Assembly: GCA_049515895.1 (NCBI GenBank)
Contig: JBEKTQ010000007.1
Coordinates: 64,001-128,000 of the forward strand
DNA length: 64,000 nt
Direction of reading: 5' to 3'
From: Candidatus Bathyarchaeia archaeon
Lineage (GTDB): Archaea > Thermoproteota > Bathyarchaeia > Bathyarchaeales > Bathycorpusculaceae
The first letter of the stretch is position 1. Every line of letters starts with the position of its first letter. Below are positions 59,446 to 64,000 of the stretch, one piece after another. A program made the translations under genes and the position numbers. Below the pieces are notes generated by a model, which saw nothing but the letters and a program-made list of their open reading frames with translations, ran no database searches and was not told the DNA's origin.

Positions 59446-60066
59446 ATGCCCAAATCATTAGTCGTGAATTGTTCTCTAAAATCAAAAAACGAAGCTTTAG
59501 TTGAAGCCATCAGAGAATTCAGCGACTGCGACGTTCTCCAGTTCAGTGATATCCATGAGGGCTACCGCGTCAAAGAGGAAGTTGATGCCGTCGTCATAAG
59601 CGGTTCTGCAGCTAGAATAGTTAACTCTTCCGACAGACGTCTCTTTGAAGGAGTTGTCAATCTGATAAGAACCTGCGACTTGCCCACGTTGGGTATCTGC
59701 TTTGGGCATCAATTGCTCTGTTGGGCGTTCGGGGCAAAAGTTGGATCACTTGCTCAACCTGTTCTGGATCGTTTTGAGTCGGTTCGGGTGGTCGACGTCG
59801 ACGGAATATTCTCTGGGTTTAGCGAAAACCTGATGGTGCCGCTGTCAGAAAACCATTACGATTACGTCCTAAAAGAAAACTTGTGCGAGGCGGGCTTTCT
59901 TTTGCTCGCGGATTCCGTCTCATGCGAAGTAGAAGCCGTTAGGCATAAAAGCAAGCCACTTTACGGCGTTCAATTTCATCCCGAACGTATAAAAGTAAAG
60001 GGCGAAACGCATTCTGGGGGTCACAAAGTTATAAAGAACTTTTACCAAAACGCGATTAGGCGATAG
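59446..60066 (+). CDS. Class I glutamine amidotransferase (GuaA-like)
   Basis: ISGS, LGICFGHQ, GVQFHPE catalytic triad. Confidence 0.9.
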   Translation: MPKSLVVNCSLKSKNEALVEAIREFSDCDVLQFSDIHEGYRVKEEVDAVVISGSAARIVNSSDRRLFEGVVNLIRTCDLPTLGICFGHQLLCWAFGAKVGSLAQPVLDRFESVRVVDVDGIFSGFSENLMVPLSENHYDYVLKENLCEAGFLLLADSVSCEVEAVRHKSKPLYGVQFHPERIKVKGETHSGGHKVIKNFYQNAIRR

Positions 60067-60158
60067 GATGCGTATTGATTTTGCTGAGAACAAACACACA
60101 TCGGGTTTCCTGCAGTTCTCGGGAAAAACTAAAGTATTTAGGTTCTCAAAGTTAATGT

Positions 60159-60527
60159 GTGGTTTCTGTGGAATTTAAGAAGGCTCCGGCTGAACTTGTT
60201 GAATTCATCAGAGAAAAAATGAAGGACGTGAACTGCGACTATCGCCAAATGTTTGGGTACCCCGCATACTTCATTAACGGCAACATGTTCGCGGGACTTT
60301 TTGGCGACAAATTGCTTTTGAGGCTTTCAGACGTTGACTTCGCGGAAACCCTGAAAATCCACGGGGAAGTTAAGGTTTTTGAGCCCCTGCCGGGAAGGGC
60401 GATGAAAGGCTATGTTGCTCTCCCAAAATCAGTTTATTCAGATGACACTGAGTTCGAGAAGCTGCTTAACAAATCTGTAAAATACGTCTCTTCGTTGCCC
60501 CAAAAAATATCGAAAGCCAAAAAGTAA
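60159..60527 (+). CDS. TfoX/Sxy N-terminal domain protein
   Basis: RQMFG...FINGNMFAG...MKGYV...SLP.K. Confidence 0.85.
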   Translation: MVSVEFKKAPAELVEFIREKMKDVNCDYRQMFGYPAYFINGNMFAGLFGDKLLLRLSDVDFAETLKIHGEVKVFEPLPGRAMKGYVALPKSVYSDDTEFEKLLNKSVKYVSSLPQKISKAKK

Positions 60528-60530
60528 GTG

Positions 60531-61343
60531 TCAATTCGCTTTTGAGTATGAACCTAAGACTTTGACAAAATCAACGTACTTCTTGAGAGCCTTCAAGGCT
60601 TCCGAACATTGTTTCTCACATCGGTGCCCCTCGAAATCCAAGTAGAAGTTGTATTCCCAAGGCGTTTGCTTGGTAGGTCTTGACTCGATTTTTGTTAGGT
60701 TTATGCCTCTTTTGGCAAATTCACCCAGCGCGTTGTAAAGCGACCCTGGCTTGTGGGCTGCTGAGAAGATTATGCTTGTTTTGTCTTTGCCCGTTGGTGC
60801 TGAATCGCTGGTGGATAGAACAAAGAACCGTGTGTAGTTTTCGGAGTTGTCAGCAATATCTTCAGCGAGAATGTGCATGCCATAGAGGTCGGCTGCTCTT
60901 TTGCTGGCGATTGCGGCGGCGTTTATCAAACCTTTTTCTTTGATCATTTTGACGCTGCCTGCCGTGTCATAGGTCGGTATTAGTTCGCGACCGAATTCCT
61001 CCAGGAAACTTCTGCATTGCCCAAGCGCCTGCGGATGCGAATAGACAACTTTGATGTTTTCTAATGCTGCGCCGGGGTTCGCGACTAAGCAATGCTCGAT
61101 TTTCACCACGACTTCCCCGCAAACTTTCAAGTCATAGCGCAGAAACAGGTCGTAGTTCTGAGGTACACTGCCTTCTAAACTATTTTCGACGGGTACGATG
61201 CCGTGCTGGGTTTCTTGAGTGCATACGCTGTCGAAAACGTCTTTGAAGTCGCGGCAAGGTTTAACCTGTGTTTCTGCTCCGAAGAACTGGTAGACTGCGC
61301 TTTCGCTGTAGGCGCCTCGTTCGCCTTGAAATGCTACTTTCAC
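60531..61343 (-). CDS. pheA: Prephenate dehydratase (PDT + ACT)
   Basis: FQGERGAYSE, PVENSLEG, SHPQALGQC, NYTRF, LTKIESRP. Confidence 0.97.
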   Translation of the reverse strand: MKVAFQGERGAYSESAVYQFFGAETQVKPCRDFKDVFDSVCTQETQHGIVPVENSLEGSVPQNYDLFLRYDLKVCGEVVVKIEHCLVANPGAALENIKVVYSHPQALGQCRSFLEEFGRELIPTYDTAGSVKMIKEKGLINAAAIASKRAADLYGMHILAEDIADNSENYTRFFVLSTSDSAPTGKDKTSIIFSAAHKPGSLYNALGEFAKRGINLTKIESRPTKQTPWEYNFYLDFEGHRCEKQCSEALKALKKYVDFVKVLGSYSKAN

Positions 61344-62854
61344 TGTTTGTTTCCCCGATTACGATTCTTAAGCAAAAGCTTGTTTATACCGTTTATCATT
61401 GCTTCGACACTAGCCATTACGATGTCCTCTCTTGCTGCCCGTGCGGACACGAGGTTGCCTTTCTCATCTTCCACTTTTATGATGACTTCTGCAACAGCGT
61501 TTGAGCCGCCTGTGATTGCTTCAAGCCGATATTCTCTCAGTCTGATTTTTTCTTGGTTACTGATTAACCTCTGGATTGCCTTCAGAACCGCGTCAACTGG
61601 ACCAACACCCGTCTCAGCAGCAACGTACTCTTTCCCATCCAGAGTCAACCGCACCGAAGCCGTAGGGATAACCTTGATGCCTGTTACAACTGCCATATCG
61701 CATAAATCAACGATTTTCTCCTCTCCGACAACCTCACCCAAAACAGCTGAAGTTAACGCCAACAAATCAGCGTCCGTCACCATCTTGCCTTTATCACCAA
61801 GTTCCTTGACGCGCTGGACAATTTCTTTCAGTTGCTCTTCACTCGGGTGGATGCCGACTTCTTCCAACTCCGCCTTGATGCCGCGTGTCCCCGCCAGTTT
61901 CCCAGCGACAAGTTTTCTAGTGCGACCAACCAGAGCAGGATCTATCGGCTCAAAGGTTAGAGGCTTCTCCGCAACTCCGCGTGTGTGGATGCCTGATTCG
62001 TGCGCGAACGCGTTTTCGCCCACAAGTGCCTTGTTAGCCTGCACAGCGATACCAGTTAATGAAGAAACCATTCTAGAGGTGCTGTAAAGCAGTCGGCTGT
62101 TTATTCCTGTCTTGTACTTGTAAAGAACATGCAAAGCCATAACCACTTCTTCCAGCGAAGCGTTACCTGCCCGCTCGCCTAACCCGTTGACGGCAACGTG
62201 CACTTGTACCGCGCCCGCTTCCACCGCAGCCAACGAGTTTGCAACTGCCAACCCGAAATCATCATGGCAATGAATGCTTATGGGCACGCTAACTACTGAT
62301 TTTATTTCTTCCACAAATTTTATTGTTGATTTTGGAATCATGATGCCGACGGTGTCAGGCAGATTTAAGCTGTCCATACCTGCATCCTGGGCTGCTTGAC
62401 AGATTTTTTTGAGGAAAGGCATTTCGGAGCGCGTGGCGTCCATAGGTGAAAACTCACATTTTACACCATGCTTCTTAACGTACTCAATCGACTCGATTGC
62501 TGAAGCTAACACTTGCTCATGCGTCAAATTGACCGCGTACTTCATCTGCACCTCAGAAGTGGGAATGAAAACGTGAATTAAATCGACGTTGCAGTCTAAC
62601 GCCGCGTCAATGTCACCCTTTGTCGCCCGGGAAAGCGCACAGATTTCAGAGTTCAAGCCCAGTTTGACAATTTCTTTAACGACTTTTCTTTCGCCTTCGG
62701 AGGAACTTGGAAAGCCCGCTTCGATAACGTCAACGCCCAGCTTGCCTAGTTGGCGTGCAATCTCAATTTTGTCTTCAGGGGTTAAGGAAACCCCGGGGGT
62801 TTGTTCGCCGTCTCTTAGGGTAGTGTCTAAAATTCGAATGTATTTACTCGTCAT
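61340..62854 (-). CDS. leuA: 2-isopropylmalate synthase (LeuA/CimA family)
   Basis: [27 protein letters not shown]-terminal regulatory domain; in an operon with leuB/leuD; CimA not excluded. Confidence 0.8.
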   Translation of the reverse strand: MTSKYIRILDTTLRDGEQTPGVSLTPEDKIEIARQLGKLGVDVIEAGFPSSSEGERKVVKEIVKLGLNSEICALSRATKGDIDAALDCNVDLIHVFIPTSEVQMKYAVNLTHEQVLASAIESIEYVKKHGVKCEFSPMDATRSEMPFLKKICQAAQDAGMDSLNLPDTVGIMIPKSTIKFVEEIKSVVSVPISIHCHDDFGLAVANSLAAVEAGAVQVHVAVNGLGERAGNASLEEVVMALHVLYKYKTGINSRLLYSTSRMVSSLTGIAVQANKALVGENAFAHESGIHTRGVAEKPLTFEPIDPALVGRTRKLVAGKLAGTRGIKAELEEVGIHPSEEQLKEIVQRVKELGDKGKMVTDADLLALTSAVLGEVVGEEKIVDLCDMAVVTGIKVIPTASVRLTLDGKEYVAAETGVGPVDAVLKAIQRLISNQEKIRLREYRLEAITGGSNAVAEVIIKVEDEKGNLVSARAAREDIVMASVEAMINGINKLLLKNRNRGNKQ

Positions 62855-62859
62855 TTTTT

Positions 62860-63897
62860 TCAGCCAGTTTTCGTTGTTAAGGCTGCGGCAATGGCTTCCG
62901 CCATCCCCACGGTCGTTGTGTTCCCGCCGCAGTCTGGAACAGTTTGACCGTTACGTAACGCGTGAACTACTCCATTCTCAATGGCTGTGCCTGCTTTCAT
63001 GCATTTATTATCATTGTATTTTTCTCCCAGCCACTCCAGCATCATTTTTGCGCTTAGAACCATCGAGATCGGGTTTGCCGTGTGTTTTCCTGCCCTGTTT
63101 GGCGCTGAACCATGGATGGGTTCGAATAATGCGAAGTTGTCGCCTATGTTTGCGCCTGGAGCCATGCCTAACCCGCCGATAAGCTGGGCTGCTTCGTCTG
63201 AGAGGATGTCGCCGAACATGTTGCATGTGCAGAACACATCGAATTCTTGCGGCTCTTTGATTAGACGCATCGACGCCGCATCAACGTACAGTTCGTTAAA
63301 CGCTATGTCTGGGTACTGCTTTGCTGTTTCGCGACATACGCTGGCGAATAGCCCGTCGGTCACGCGCATGACGTTTGCCTTGTGAATCGCCGTGACTTTC
63401 TTTTTGCCATTGCGTAGGCGTGCCATTTCGAATGCTTTTTTGGCTATACGCTGGCAGTTTTTTCGGGTGATGACTCTTAAGCACAGGGTTGTGTCATTGT
63501 CAAGGGTGAATTCTAAGCCTTTGTAAACGTCCTCGGTGTTCTCCCTGACAAAAAGCATGTCAATGTCGGGTCTAGCCACTGGGACGGCTGGGTAAGCCTT
63601 AAGCGGGCGCAGGTTAGCGTACAAATCGAACATTAACCTGAGTTTAACTATGACGTCTGCTGCCGATTCGCCGACAGGACCTTTAAGGCAAGCGTGAGAC
63701 GCCTTAATCTTTTCGACGCTGTCAGCAGGTAGCGCCGCGCCTCTTTTTGCTAAGGTTTCGTCGCCTGCTTCTGCCTCAATCATTCTCAGTTTTATGCCGT
63801 ATTTTTTCTGAGCTGCATCCAACACTTTAAGGGTTGCTTCCGTTAATTCGGGGCCAATTCCATCGCCGCGAATCAACGAAATCTTATATTCATTCAT
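62860..63897 (-). CDS. leuB: 3-isopropylmalate dehydrogenase
   Basis: GDGIGPE, RENTED, HKANV, NMFGDILSD, EPIHGSAP. Confidence 0.9.
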   Translation of the reverse strand: MNEYKISLIRGDGIGPELTEATLKVLDAAQKKYGIKLRMIEAEAGDETLAKRGAALPADSVEKIKASHACLKGPVGESAADVIVKLRLMFDLYANLRPLKAYPAVPVARPDIDMLFVRENTEDVYKGLEFTLDNDTTLCLRVITRKNCQRIAKKAFEMARLRNGKKKVTAIHKANVMRVTDGLFASVCRETAKQYPDIAFNELYVDAASMRLIKEPQEFDVFCTCNMFGDILSDEAAQLIGGLGMAPGANIGDNFALFEPIHGSAPNRAGKHTANPISMVLSAKMMLEWLGEKYNDNKCMKAGTAIENGVVHALRNGQTVPDCGGNTTTVGMAEAIAAALTTKTG

Positions 63898-64000
63898 TTC
63901 TTGTTCATTCTCCTTCGTAAATTCTCGATTAATCCGCCATCAGCTAAAATTTCCAATATGAACGGTGGAAGCTTTTCCACTTTAAACATTGTGCCGTTGG
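63894..64000 (-). CDS. leuD: 3-isopropylmalate dehydratase small subunit, C-terminal fragment
   Basis: Manual translation ...KLPPFILEILADGGLIENLRRRMNKK*; stop overlaps the leuB ATG (ATGA). Confidence 0.85.
   Translation of the reverse strand, partial: NGTMFKVEKLPPFILEILADGGLIENLRRRMNKK

Noticed and set aside
61203-63385. Long plus-strand ORFs (61203-62087, 62589-63182, 62981-63385) and similar antisense ORFs elsewhere, such as 8031-8693 and 50247-50888
   Set aside because: Antisense shadows of well-conserved genes, with Ser/Pro/Thr-rich non-protein-like composition.

Overview
Archaeal chromosomal window, most consistent with Bathyarchaeia (TACK). This is an inference from PolB1 with PIP boxes, the AglB+AglH pair, CarS, RadB, the proteasome/exosome operon and the small wHTH/AbrB/Zn-ribbon families. 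Positions 1-~7.4 kb are a visibly AT-rich accessory region of small hypothetical, Zn-finger and secreted genes, with duplicated promoter fragments, frameshifted relics and a degenerate tRNA T-arm at its right edge. The rest is mostly housekeeping: thermosome, ThyA, MBL-rhodanese, DUF438/hemerythrin/PAS, two MoeA, agmatinase, RsmB, PolB1, AglH-AglB, topoisomerase IA, an OSTC/OST3-OST6-like membrane protein, CarS, RadB, Clp1, XPD, Nth, psmA-SBDS-rrp4-rrp41-rrp42-rpl37ae, pyrF and a CdrS-like RHH. It ends with an aromatic amino acid operon (lysC, aroA', aroB', aroD, aroE, aroK, aroA, aroC, chorismate mutase, aminotransferase, tyrA) converging on leuD-leuB-leuA-pheA. The top finding is an unannotated 27-codon leader peptide (49160-49243, MSNNVLKKENVASWFQSFDYFYYSYFP). 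Nine of its last 14 codons are Trp/Phe/Tyr, and it is followed by a U8 tract, a perfect 10-bp hairpin and mutually exclusive pairings directly ahead of the aromatic operon. This is a candidate ribosome-mediated attenuator in an archaeon. No rRNA, intact tRNA, CRISPR array or transposase was seen.
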